Of a DNA stretch of 64,000 nt, positions 24,375-36,200 are shown piece after piece (within the stretch, counting starts at the first letter, position 1; each line of letters begins with the position of its first letter). Position numbers and translations under genes: made by a program. Under the pieces are notes generated by a model. That model saw only the letters and a list, made by a program, of their open reading frames with translations, was not told the origin of the DNA and ran no database searches. Source of the DNA: Pristiophorus japonicus (taxonomy: Eukaryota); the NCBI RefSeq assembly GCF_044704955.1, contig NC_091984.1, positions 148,800,001 through 148,864,000 on the forward strand. The letters run 5' to 3'.

Positions 24375-25037
24375 TCAGAGCATTGGCTCTGACTCTGCAC
24401 ACTGGGGGTGTTGGGGCAGCCCCCGATGGTGGGATCGCACTGTGCACTCTGTGCTGACTGCTGGGGGCAATCTGGGGGCAGGAGGCCACAATCACAAAGT
24501 TGCATTCTCTCTCCTTAACGTGTGGCTCGTGGCAGCAGCACAACACTGTCCCGAGTGAGGCCTCAGCTTCGGGAGAGGAGCTGTCAAGTGTATCACCGTG
24601 TACATGTCCCTGAGTGTTAGTGTGGCTTACCCAACACCACCTGTCGGGGTGTGTGTGTGTGTGTGAGTGTGTGTGTGGGTGTGCGAGACTGTTACCCAGG
24701 AGAGGGGAGACCGGGCTGGGGGAGGGGGGACTTGGTCGGGGCTGACCGTGTGCGGAATGGGGGGGACCAGCGTGATCGGGGGGCGTGGAGGGGGGGTCAC
24801 GGGGATCGTGGGGGTCACGGGGAGGTCAGGGGCTCTGGGGGGGGATTGGGTGCTGGGTATCGAGGGGGGGATCCTGTTGGGACTGTGGGGTCGGGGAGTG
24901 GTTTCGTGGACCAGGGGGCCAGCCAGTCACCACTCTGCACACACTCTGCTCCCTCTGTGTCTCAGTCCAGTGTTGCAGTGGGCAGTTCAGGATCTGAGGC
25001 TCAGACTGGTTCTCCGGCACCATCAGCGCCCTCTTAG
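24375..25037 (+). pseudogene. Possible exon remnants of an unidentified gene (24375-24648 and 24966-25037)
   Basis: Acceptor/donor-bounded segments that splice in frame (phase 2); two in-frame TGA; second exon has strong sites CTCTGTGTCTCAG| and AG|GTAAGG. Confidence 0.3.
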
Positions 25038-25054
25038 GTAAGGGTATTAAGGAT

Positions 25055-25840
25055 TAAGAATATAAGAAATAGGAGCAGGAGTCCATTTGGCCCCTCGAGC
25101 CTGCTCCGCCATTCAATGAGATCATGGCTGATCTGATCATGGACTCAGCTCCACTTCCCTGCACGCTCTCCATCACCCTTTATCCACTTATGGTTCAAAA
25201 ATCTGTCTATCTCCGCATTAAATATATTTAATGACCCAGCCTCCACAGCTCTCTGGGGCAGAGAATTCCACAGAGTTACAACCCTCTGAGAGAAGAAATT
25301 CCTCCTCATCTCAGTTCTAAATAGGCGACCCCTTATTCTGAAACTATGCCCCCTCGTTTTAGTTTCCCCTATGAGTGGAAATATCCTCTCTGCATCCACC
25401 TTGTCAAGCCCCCTCATTATATTATATGTTTCGATAAGATCAACTCTCATTCTTATGAACTCCAATGAGTATAGACCCAGCCTACTCAACATATCTTCAT
25501 AAGTCAACCCCCTCAGCTCCGGAATCAACCGAGTGGACCTTCTCTGAACTGCCTCCAATGAAAGCATATCCTTTCGTAAATACGAATACCAAAACTGCAC
25601 GCACAACTCCAGGTCTCACCAATACCCTGTACAATTGTAGTAGGACTTCCCTGCTTTTATACTCCACCCCCCTTGCAATAACGGCCAACATTCCATTTGC
25701 TTTCCTGATTACTTGCTACATTCTAAATTTTTGTGTTTCATGCACAAGGACCCCCAAATCCCTCTGTACTGCAGCAGTTTGCAATTATTTAAAAAATAAT
25801 TTGCTTTTCTATTCTTTCTGCCAAAGTGGATAACCTCACA
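25055..25840 (-). mobile_element. CR1 3' fragment with tail
   Basis: LLQLYRVLVRP, MRVDLIETY, EMRRNFFSQRVV; 3' UTR. Confidence 0.9.
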
Positions 25841-28800
25841 TCTACCTGGCCTGCTACGTTGAGGTATCTGTAGACGTGCATATCAATGTCCCTTTGTTCC
25901 TCTACACTTCTCTGTATCCTACAATTTAATGTGTATTCCCTTGCCTTGGTAGCCCTCCCCAAATGCATTACCTCACACTTCTCTGGATGGAATTCTATTT
26001 TCCACTGTTCTGCCCACCTGATCATTTCATTGATATCTTCCTGCAGTCGACAGCTTTCTACTTCATTATCAGTCACACGGCCGATTTTAGTATCATCTGC
26101 AAACTTCTTTATCATACCCCTTACATTCAATTCTAAATCATTGATATATACAACAAAAAGCAATGACCTTGTACTGAGCCCTGCGGAACCCCACTGGAAA
26201 CAGCCTTCCAGTCATTAAATCACCCATCAACCATTACCCTTTGCTTCCTGCCTCTGAGTCAATTTTGGATCCAACTTGTCACTTTGCCCTGGATCCCAAG
26301 GGGTTTTACTTTCATGACCAGTCTGCCATGTGGGACCTTACCAAAAGTCTTGCTAAAATCTATATACACGACATCATATGCACTGCCCTCATCGACACTC
26401 CTTATTACTTCCTCGATGAATTCAGTTAAGTCAGTCAGACACAACCTTCCCTTAACAAATCCATGCTGACTGTCCTGGATTAATCCGTGTCTTTCTAAAT
26501 GAAGATTTATCCTGTCTCTCAGAATTTTCTCCAAAAATGTTCCCACCATGAGGTTAGGCTGACTGACCTGTAATTACTTGGTCTATCCCTTTCTCCCTTT
26601 TTAAACAAAGGTACAATATTAGCAATCCTCCAGTCCTCTGGCACCACATGTGTAGCCAGAGAGGATTGGAAAATGTTGGTCAGAGTTGTGCTATTTCCTC
26701 TTTTGCTTCACTTAACAGCTTGGGATACATTTTATCAGGGCCAGGGGATGTATCCACTTTCAAAGCTGCTAAGCCCCTTAATACTTCCTCTCTCACTATG
26801 TTTATTTCATCTAATATTTCACATTCCCCCGCCCTGATTACAATGTCTGCATCGCCTCTCTCTTTTGTGAAAACAGATGCAAAGTATTCATTAAGAAACA
26901 TATCCACGTCTTACGCCTCCACACACAAATGACCTTTGTGGTCTCTAATAGGCCCTACTCTTTCTTTAATTATTCTCTTGCTCTTAATGTATTTATAAAA
27001 CATCTTTGGGTTTTGCTTGATTTTACTTGCCAAAATGTTTTCATGCTCTCTCTTTGCTTTCCTAATTTCCTTTTTAATTGCACCCCTGCACTTTCTATAC
27101 CCCTCTAAAGTTCCTGCAGTATTGAGCCCTCGGTATCTGTCATAAGCCTCCCTTTTTTACTTTATCCTACACTGTATTTCCCTTGACATCCAGGGGCCTC
27201 TAGCTTTGTTAGTCCCACCCTTTTTCTTTAAGGGAACAGACTTACTCTGAAACCACAGGATTTCCTCCTTGAATGCCTCCCACTGCTCTGACACTGATTT
27301 ACCTTCAAGTAGCAGTTTCCAGTCCACTTTGGCCAAATCTCATCTCAGCTCAGCAAAATTGGCTTTTCCCCAATTGAGAACTTTTATTCCTGGTCTATCT
27401 TTGTCCTTTTCCATAACTACCCTAAATCTAACTGAATTATGATTACTGGCACCAAAATGCTCTCCCACTGATACCCCTTCCACCTGCCCCTCTTCATTCC
27501 CCAAAACCAAGTCCAGAACCGTCCCCTCCCTTGTTGGGCTTGTTACATACTCGCTAAAAAAGTTCTCCTGAATGCATTTAAGCGTGATCCCATCCAGAGG
27601 GTTCCCACGTGTCTATAATGTTATTTTAGAATTGTTTCTGTATGTTTTAAAACACTTACGCCTGAAAAAGTAGGCTATGGTTTTTGAGGACATTTGCTGG
27701 GCAAGGTATGGGTAAATAGACCAATCTTGCCCATACAAATATCCTCGCTCATGATCTGACTACAATCTCTCCAGCTCCAGCTTGACAGATCGGAAAAGCC
27801 GGTTTTCAGTGCATGCGCGAAACTACATACGGGCCCAGGGACGTCAGAATTTCTACCACAATATCATACTCTCAATTGTATATCTGTGCTCTCAGCTCAT
27901 CTGCCTTATTCCCTATACTTCTTGCATTGAAGTATATACCATTTAGCACTGCTAAACTGCCTTGTTGTCTATTTTCTGGGCTTTGTTTCCTCTGTCTTCC
28001 AAATTCACTTTCTACTTTTCTGCTTTCCAATTCCAGATTTTCTTCTCTCCCCACTGAATCTATTCTCCGGTTCCCATCCCCCTGCCAAGCTAGTTTAAAC
28101 CCTCCCCAACAGCACTAGCAAATCTCCTGCGAGGATATTGGTCCCGGCTCTGTTGACGTGTAACCCGTCCGACTTGTACAGGTCCCACCTCCCCGAGAAA
28201 TGGTCCCAATGCCTCAGGAAACTAAAGCCCTCCCTCCTGCACCATCTCTCCAGCCACGCATTCATCTGCTCTATCCTCCTATTTCTGTACTCACTAGCAC
28301 GTGGCACCGGGAGTAATCCAGAGATTACTACCTTTGCTGTGTTGCTTTTTAATCTCTCTCCCAGCTCCCTAAACTCTGCCTGTTTACCTACCTATGTCAT
28401 TGGTATCGATATGGACCACAATCTCTGGCTGTTCACCCTCCCCCCTCAGAATGTACTGCAGCCACTCAGTGACATCCTTGACCCTGGCACCAGGCAGGCA
28501 ACATACCATCCTGGAGCCACGTCTGCGGCCGCAGAAATGCCTGTCTGTTCCCCTAACTATCGAATCCCCTACCACTATTGCTCTTCCACTCTTCTTCCTC
28601 CCCCCTGTGCAGCTGAGCCACCCGTGGTGCCGTGGACTTGGCTCTGGCTGCACTTCCTAGAGGCACCATCGCCCTCACCAGTACTCAGAACACAATACTA
28701 TTTGGAGAGCGAGATGGACTCAGGGGACTCCTGCACTACCTGCCTGGACCTCCTCTTCTGTCTGGTGGTCACCCATTCCCTCTCTGCCTGCACACTCTTA

Positions 28801-29060
28801 AGCTGCGGGGTGGCCACCTCTAGAAACGTGCTATCCACGAAGTTCTCAGCCTCGCGGATGCACCGCAGTGACTCCAGCCGCCGCTCAATCTCCGAAACAC
28901 GAAGCTCGAGTTGCTGTAACTGGTAACACTTCCTGCACATGTGGTCGTCCAGGCCACGAGAAGTGTCCAGGACTTCCCACATGGCACAGGATGTGCTCTC
29001 CACGGGACAGAACTGCCCTGCCATGTCTCTATTTAATAGACTGAGAACTATCTTCGCAGA
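25838..29060 (-). mobile_element. CR1 (ORF1 + 3'-truncated ORF2), duplication copy A; ~27582-27860 replaced by unrelated MITE-like fragment
   Basis: ORF1 MAGQFCPVES..CRKC..IVVGDSIVRG; ORF2 RT motifs; colinear with 40004-43310. Confidence 0.9.
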
Positions 29061-29189
29061 AATAAATTTAAAACTAAAAAAATGCAAATAACGGCCTAGC
29101 CTACATCATTCTGGCCATAATTTCTGGATTTGTTCACCCCACTGAGGGCGAACACCGTTGATGGGCCATTAATGAGCCTTAAGTTTCCA

Positions 29190-30210
29190 GCTCAGCCAGC
29201 TGTGGCTCAATGAGCAGCACACTCACCTCTGAGTCTGAAGGTCCACTCCAGAATAGGAGGATAGAATAGATGAATGCGTGGCTGGAGAGATGGTCCACTC
29301 CAGAGACTCTCAGAAATCCACACTGACAGTCCCAGTGCAGAACTGAGGTAGTGACGCACTGTCGGAATGCCGTCTTTCAGGCGAGAGGTTAAACCAAGGC
29401 CCCATCTGCCCTCTCAGGTTGGCGTTAACAATCCCATGCCACTGTTTTGAAGAAGAGCAGGGGAGGTCTCCCCGGTATCCTGGTCAATATTTATCCCTCA
29501 ATCAACATGACAAAAACAGATTAGCGATGAAATTCCCCCGCTGTGCACCTGCCATTAGTGCGTCCGGAGGCGCTTACGGGGTGTGACAGTGTTTTCCCCG
29601 AGGGTATGGAGTGGGGGGGGGCTACCCACGGGATTTAGGAGAGACGCGAAACGGAGAGCGCCCCGTGATCCGTGTCCGCGCCCCGTGAGCCGTGTCCGTG
29701 CACCGTGAACCGTGTCCGTGACCCGTGAGCCGTGTCTGCGCCAGGCCTGCGGGTCACGAACCGGGCCGCATTTCGCTCACAGGGTGAAACTTACCAGGCG
29801 GTGCGTGCCACCGCTCCTCGCCATTTGTTTTTGCCGACTTACCGGTCGGCCTTTCTGTGCCGATGTGGTGGGGTCGGTGCCGCGATGGTGCAGCCCGACA
29901 CTCGCCCCCAGCTCACCCCCAGGGGAAGTGCAATGTGCCACATTGCGCTCCACTTCCTGTCAGGAGCCGTGACCCCAATTTTGCTTCTGGGGCAGGACTT
30001 CGACTTGGGAAAAGTAACCGCCCCAACCGGGGTGATACGCAATTTGGGCCCATTATTTGGTCATAGACACATGTGGGAGCTTGCTGTGCACAAACTCTCT
30101 GTCGTGTCTCCTCCATTACCGCAGTGACTACACTTCAAAAGTACTTCATTGGCTGTAAAGCACTTTGGGATGTCCTGAAGTAGTGAAAGGCGCCATATAA
30201 ATGCAAGTAT
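29190..30210 (+). mobile_element. Deu-domain SINE interrupted by Harbinger-like MITE (29523-30051, ATT TSD)
   Basis: tRNA-like head TGTGGCTCA, Deu domain, insertion at AAACAGATT|, resumes after GGGCCC ATT. Confidence 0.8.
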
Positions 30211-31619
30211 TTTTCTCCAATTCAGCTCCACATCTTTGAAACCCAAACCCGCGGACAGTGACGGAAAGGTAAAGACCCTGTGGTCCATCCAGCCCGTCCC
30301 ACACAATTGTGATACCTTGTGTATCACAGTATAGAATCTCCACCTCACCCAAAATTACTTGATCTCCTGGGAGAGGCGAAAAACCAGGGAAAAAACCCAT
30401 TGGGGGGAAATAAATCTGGGAAACTCCTCTCCGACCCCCGCCCCTCCCCCGCAGGCGATGTAAACTAGTCCAGGAGGTCACTGTGGCCCTGAATTCCCTG
30501 CAGTAACTACCTTCTGTAAGTGGTGATCTCCGCACCGGCCACAAATAGGTCCTGCTCTCGCTTATGTACATCTCATGGATTTAAAATTACAAGCTTTCCC
30601 CACAGTGTCAAGTGCTGCAAATACTGTGTTACATTCTCACTGTCTGTCATTGTCACAACACTCGCTATATAAATGCAAGTTGTTGTTGTGTTCAGGGGCC
30701 GCTGTATCTGGCTCAGGCTTCTTATCCATCCCCCCCTTCCCTTCCACCTCCATTGGGGGCCGTGCCTTCAGCTGCCTGGGCCCTAACTCCCTGCTCCCTA
30801 AACCTCTCTGCCACTCCACCCCTCTCCTCTTTTAAGCCCTCCCTTCAAACCCAATCTGTGACTGAGGGTTTTGATCACCCTCCCAGCCCCTCCCCCTTTG
30901 GCTCAGCACCACTTTGACCAGATTACGCCTCTGTCAGCTGCCGCAGGATGTTGTAATAATGTTCTAGTTGCTATAGCAATGCAGGTTGTTGCTGCTGTAC
31001 CTGGCGGCAGAGCATCTCTGTGTGGATATACCCCATGTACCGAGCTCCGTGGTGAGGCCTCCCACAGTGGAATGGCCTGATGATGCTCGCTGCAGAGCGG
31101 AGTGGCTGATGACCCGCCAATCGGTCTGAGACACCGCCTCATGAGCGGACGAGGAGATACACGCTGGGATCCACCATCAAATGACACGAGGGGAACTGGA
31201 AATGATTCTGCAAACCTGACTGGAGGTTTGGTACAAACGGGTTTTACAAACCAATCCATTGAGTGACACAGAAATTGTCCAAAATCTTTGGTCTTTTCAG
31301 AACCAACATCGCCCCCTTTTGGTATGAAAGCAGCACTGCCAATTTCCCTCACAATTTGACTGAGCTGCAATTTTCAATATCTCCTTACGTGGCTCGCTGT
31401 CAACCTTTATTCTATAACGCTCCTGTGAAGCGCTCGGGGAGTTTTACTGTGTTAAAGGTGCTGTATAAAAGTTGCTGTTGTTGTTTGTTCTGAGTTAGCT
31501 GTTCCAACTGAGGTCGGGATATGACTCACAGCTCAGACTGTGCGGCATCCAGTGATGCAATGTTGTATCGTGGGTTCAAGCCCCACTCCAGGGAACTGAG
31601 TGCAAAATAAAGACATACA

Positions 31620-31842
31620 CCACTGTGCAGTCCTGAGGGAGTGCTGCACTGTCAGAGGGGCAGTACTGAGGGAGTGCCGCACTGTCAGAGGGGCAGTACT
31701 GAGGGTGCGCTGCACTGTTGGAGGGGTAGTACTGAGGGAGCGTCGCACTGTCGGAGGGACAGTACTGAGGGAGTGCTGCAGTGTCAGAGGGGCAGTACTG
31801 AGGGAGTGCCGCACTGTCAGAGGGGCAGTACTGAGGGGTGCC
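31620..31842 (+). repeat. 33-bp SINE-derived minisatellite (short, copy A)
   Basis: (GGGGCAGTACTGAGGGAGTGCTGCACTGTCAGA)n, ~6-7 units. Confidence 0.9.
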
Positions 31843-32938
31843 TGTCGGTGGTTTTCTCGGACGTACGAAAAACGCACCTCTTACTACAAGTTCTGGACGA
31901 TAGGGATTACATGGACAGATCAGACTCGGACACATGTTTTTCGGGCTCAACCGTATTGTGTTTGATAAGATTAACAACACCACTCATAAACATTGCAAAA
32001 CAGTACAACCCTGGTTTGTCCAATAAGCCCTGCCGTGCTAAGTTACCACAGCTTAATAAAAGCAACCTCCCGTGAAATAAACTAACAAAGGACCCCCCCC
32101 AGCACTAAACCCCTTAGGGTTTAGGACTTATAATCACCCCCTCACACAGCTAAGTGGTGTTGCGGATGTGTAGACGCAGGCAATATGCTCACCCTGATTG
32201 CCCGTTGTCTTGCTTGCAGCTTCTTCCTGTACGCCTCGCTCCTGGGCTTTTTCCTGGGCTTGTTCCTGAGCTTTTTCCGGAGCTTTTTCCGGAGCTTTCT
32301 TCCTCCTGAGCTGGAGCTTGTTGCAAAGTGGCTCCTTATATCCCCAAAACCCATCACCTTTCCTCCCGCCAATACTGACCGATGGATTGACTCCGGTGAT
32401 CTGTCTGGACCCCCTCTCCCCGTGGCCTGGAGTGGCTCGTAGCCTTTGAAATCTTTGTGAAAGATGATATTTTGTTTTCCCGCTCTCAGGCCTTGCGTCT
32501 GGAGAGACAATGGGTGCTGATTACTGGATGTCTGTCGTTTCCTGAGTTGATGGCCCCCATTAGCAGGTAATGGGTTTCGATCACAAACCGATCTTGCTTA
32601 ACCGGCTTATCTCCTGGAAGACAACGGGCCGGCCATTTCCTGCCTAGCACCAGTTTGGGTTGGGACTGAGTGGTGACTGTGCTTTAATAATGCGAAGGCA
32701 CAGTGTCTCTGAGTTACCTCTCGGGGTATTGTTCCCAGGAATCACTTTAGATGGTGATGACATCAATGGGCCTGGGTTCCCTGCCACCCAGCCTGTCAGT
32801 GTGAAATGTCCGGTTGTATATGAATGCACCTCAGTGCCACCCCCACAAGTTCACCAAACAGGACAGTTCTTTCTTGGCGATTTGGATTTAAGGATTTAAA
32901 ACATTGTTGATAGAATTGGCCAGAAAGCTGGTGCTACA
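31843..32938 (-). mobile_element. Probable solo LTR (~1.1 kb)
   Basis: TGTC...TACA termini; absent from copy B; flanks GTGCC/GTTCC; TATA-like box on minus near 32340. Confidence 0.5.
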
Positions 32939-33265
32939 GTTCCTCACCTCTCCCTCTCCACTCCCCCCACCGACCCCATCCCCCCACCACCCCCAGGGAC
33001 AATAATGGTATGTCCTCACCTCTCCCTGTCCTCTTCCGATCCCACCTTCCGCAGGGACAATAATGGTATCCTCCTCACCTCTCCCTCTCCTCCCCTGCGA
33101 TAATAATGGTATGTTCTTCAACTCTCCCCTTCCTCTCCCCTCCACCCCTCCGGTGACAATAGTGGTATATTCCTCACCTCTCCCCCTTTTCTCCACCCTG
33201 GGAACAATAATGGTATGTCCCTTACCATCCCTCTCCCCCCACGGTGACAATAATAGTATGTTCCT

Positions 33266-36200
33266 TGTTATGCATGTAAACCTGTAATTACCATGTCTGA
33301 CCACCAGAGGGCTTATCCCCTGGAGTCCCAAAGTATCCCACAATCCCTTGGGAGCGCCTGTATATAAGGATGCCTCACAGTCTGGAGAGGCACTCTGAGA
33401 TATGTAATAAAGGACTATGTTCACACTTACTTTGAGCTTGCAGTATCTAGTCTGACTCTTTGTTCAAGACATATAACCGGCAACGAGTTACAGATGACGA
33501 ACTCCAATGCAACAATGCAGAGAACTGTGGGCATCCTGGAGAAATTTTCGGAGGGAGATGATTGGGAAACCTTCGTGGAGCGACTTGGCCAATACTTGGT
33601 GGCCAACGAGCTGGAAGGAGAAGGGAACGCTGCCAAACGAAGGGCAATAATCCTCACCATTTGCTGGGCACCAACGTATGGCCTGATGAAAAACCTGCTC
33701 ACTCCAGTAAAACCCACAGACAAGTCGTACGATTAGTTGTGCACACTGGTCCGGCAGCATCTAAACCGGAAGGAAAGCGTTCTGATGGTGAGGTATCGGT
33801 TCTACATGTACAAGAGGTATGAAAGTCAAGAAGTGGCAAGCTACGTTGCCAAACTAAGGCGCCTTGCAGGACATTGCGAATTTGAAAGGCACTTGGAGCA
33901 TATGTTCAGGGACTTCTTTGTATTTGGCATTGGCAATGAAGTAATACTTTGCAGCTTTTGACTGTGGAGACCCCAACCTTGAGTAAAGCCATAGCGATAG
34001 CCTAGGCGTTTATCTCCATCAGTGACAATACCAAACAAATTTCCCAGCACACTAGTGCTTCTGCAAGTACTGTGAACAAAGTAATGTTGTTTTCGAATTG
34101 AAATGCACATGGCAGGACTTACACGCCTGTAACTGCACGTCCGCAGATGACTCCGAGTCTTCCATCAAGGGTGGTGAATACAAGGCCATTAACATCTTGT
34201 TGGCGCTGCAGGAGTGATCAGCGATTCCATTCCTGCTGCTTCAAAGGTTACGTTTGCAAGTGCTGTGGAACAATGGGATAACACCAATGTATGTGCAGGC
34301 GAGCTGCTAATCCTGCTAATCCTGCAAACCACCATGTTGCAGAGGAGGACAGATCCACAGAGGATCACGACAAACCAGAGCCTCAGACCAAGGAGGCAGA
34401 GGTGTTTGGGCTGCACACATTTACCACAAAGTGTCCCCCGATAATGCAGAAGGTTGAATTAAATGGACTCCCTGTGTCCATGGAGTGGGACACGGGTGCA
34501 AGCCAGTACATAATGAGTAAAAAGACTTTCAAGGCCAGTCCAGACTCCCATTTGTACCAAACTTAGAACATATCCAAAGGAACTGATTCCTGTAATTAGC
34601 AGTGCTACCATAAAGGTCTCCTATGATGGAGCGGTGCATGATTTACCGGGCGATGGCCCCACGCTGTTCGGCAGGAGCTGGCTGGGAAAGATACGCTGGA
34701 ACTGGGACGACGTCCCAGCGCTTTTGTCCATCGACAACACCTCGTGCTCAGGTCCTAAGCAAGCTCACCACGCTGTTCGAATCAGGCATCAGGAAGTTCC
34801 AAGGAGCAAAAGTGCAGATCCATTTGATTCCGGGGACGCGATCTATCCATCACAAGGCGAGAGCGGTACCTTACATGATGAGAGAGAGGGTGGAGATTGA
34901 GCTGGACAGGCTGCAATGAGAGGGCATCATTTCGTCGATCGAATTCAATGAGTGGGCCAGTCCGATTGTCCCAGTCCTCAAGAGAGACGGCACCGTCAGA
35001 ATCTGTGGTGATTACAAAGTAACTCTCAATCGTTTCTCCCTGCAGGATCAATGCCCGTTACTAAAGGCAGCCGACCTATTTGCGACGCTAGCGGGTGGGA
35101 AAACGTTCACGAAGCTGGACTTGACCTCGGCCTACATGATGCAGAAGCTGAAGGAATCTTTGAAAGGCCTCACCTGCATCAACATGCACAAAGGTCTTTT
35201 TGTTTACAATGGATGCCCGTTTGGGATTCGATCAGCCGCGGCGATATTCTAGAGGAACATGGAAAGCTTGCTGAAGTCGGTCCCACGCACCGTGGTCTTC
35301 CAGGACGACATCTTGGTTACAGGTCAGGACACTGTCGAGCACCTGCAGAACCTGGAGGAGGTTCTTAGTCGGCTTAATCATTTAGGGCTCAGGCTAAAAC
35401 GCTCGAAATGCGTTTTCCTGGCACCTGAAGTGGAGTTCCTGGGGAGAAGAAACGCGGCGGACGGCATCAGGCCCACCAATTCGAAGATGGAGTCAATCAA
35501 AAATGCACCAAGACCACAGAACGTGATAGAGCTGCGGTCGTTTCTAGGACTCCTGAACTGAACTTCATTGGTAACTTCTTACCGTGTCTTAGCACATTGT
35601 TAGAACCCCTGCACTCTTTACTGCATAAAGGAGATGAATGGGTATGGGGTAAAAGCCAAGAAAATGCCTTTGAGAAAGCTAGAAAGCTGTTATGTTCAAA
35701 CAAATTGCTTGTGTTGTACAATCCATGTAAACGTTTGGTACTAGCATGTGATGCGTTGTCATATGGGGTCGGGTGTGTATTGCAACAAGCTAATGAATTT
35801 GGGAAATTGCAACCGGTTGCTTTTGCATCCAGAAATCTGTCTAAGGCTGAGAGGGCCTACAGTATGATTGAAAAAGATGCGTTAGCATGTGTTTACGGGG
35901 TAAAGAAAATGCATCAATATCTGTTTGGGTTCAAATTTGAATTGGAAACCGGCCACAAGCCGCTTATATCCCTCTTTTCTAAAAATAAGGGGATAAATAC
36001 GAATGCATCGGCCCACATCCAGAGATGATCACTCACGATGTCCGCATACAACTATGCCATCCACCACAGGACTCAGAAAACTGTGCCGATGCTCTCAGTA
36101 GACTACCATTGCCCACCACCAGGGTGGAGATGGCACAGCCTGCAGATTTAGTTATAGTAATGGAAGCATTCGAGAGTGAGCAATCACCTGTTACCGCCCG

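Larger units (their letters stand above)
25838..31842 (+). repeat. Segmental duplication copy A (paralog of 40004-45175 plus 61234-~62500)
   Basis: Same ordered mosaic CR1 - unique - DeuSINE+MITE - LINE ends - unique - SINE head - 33-bp array. Confidence 0.92.

Noticed and set aside
32142-32510. Lys/Arg-rich ORF (RKKLRKKL) and hydrophobic antisense ORF
   Set aside because: Produced by a 12-bp tandem repeat in the LTR-like segment
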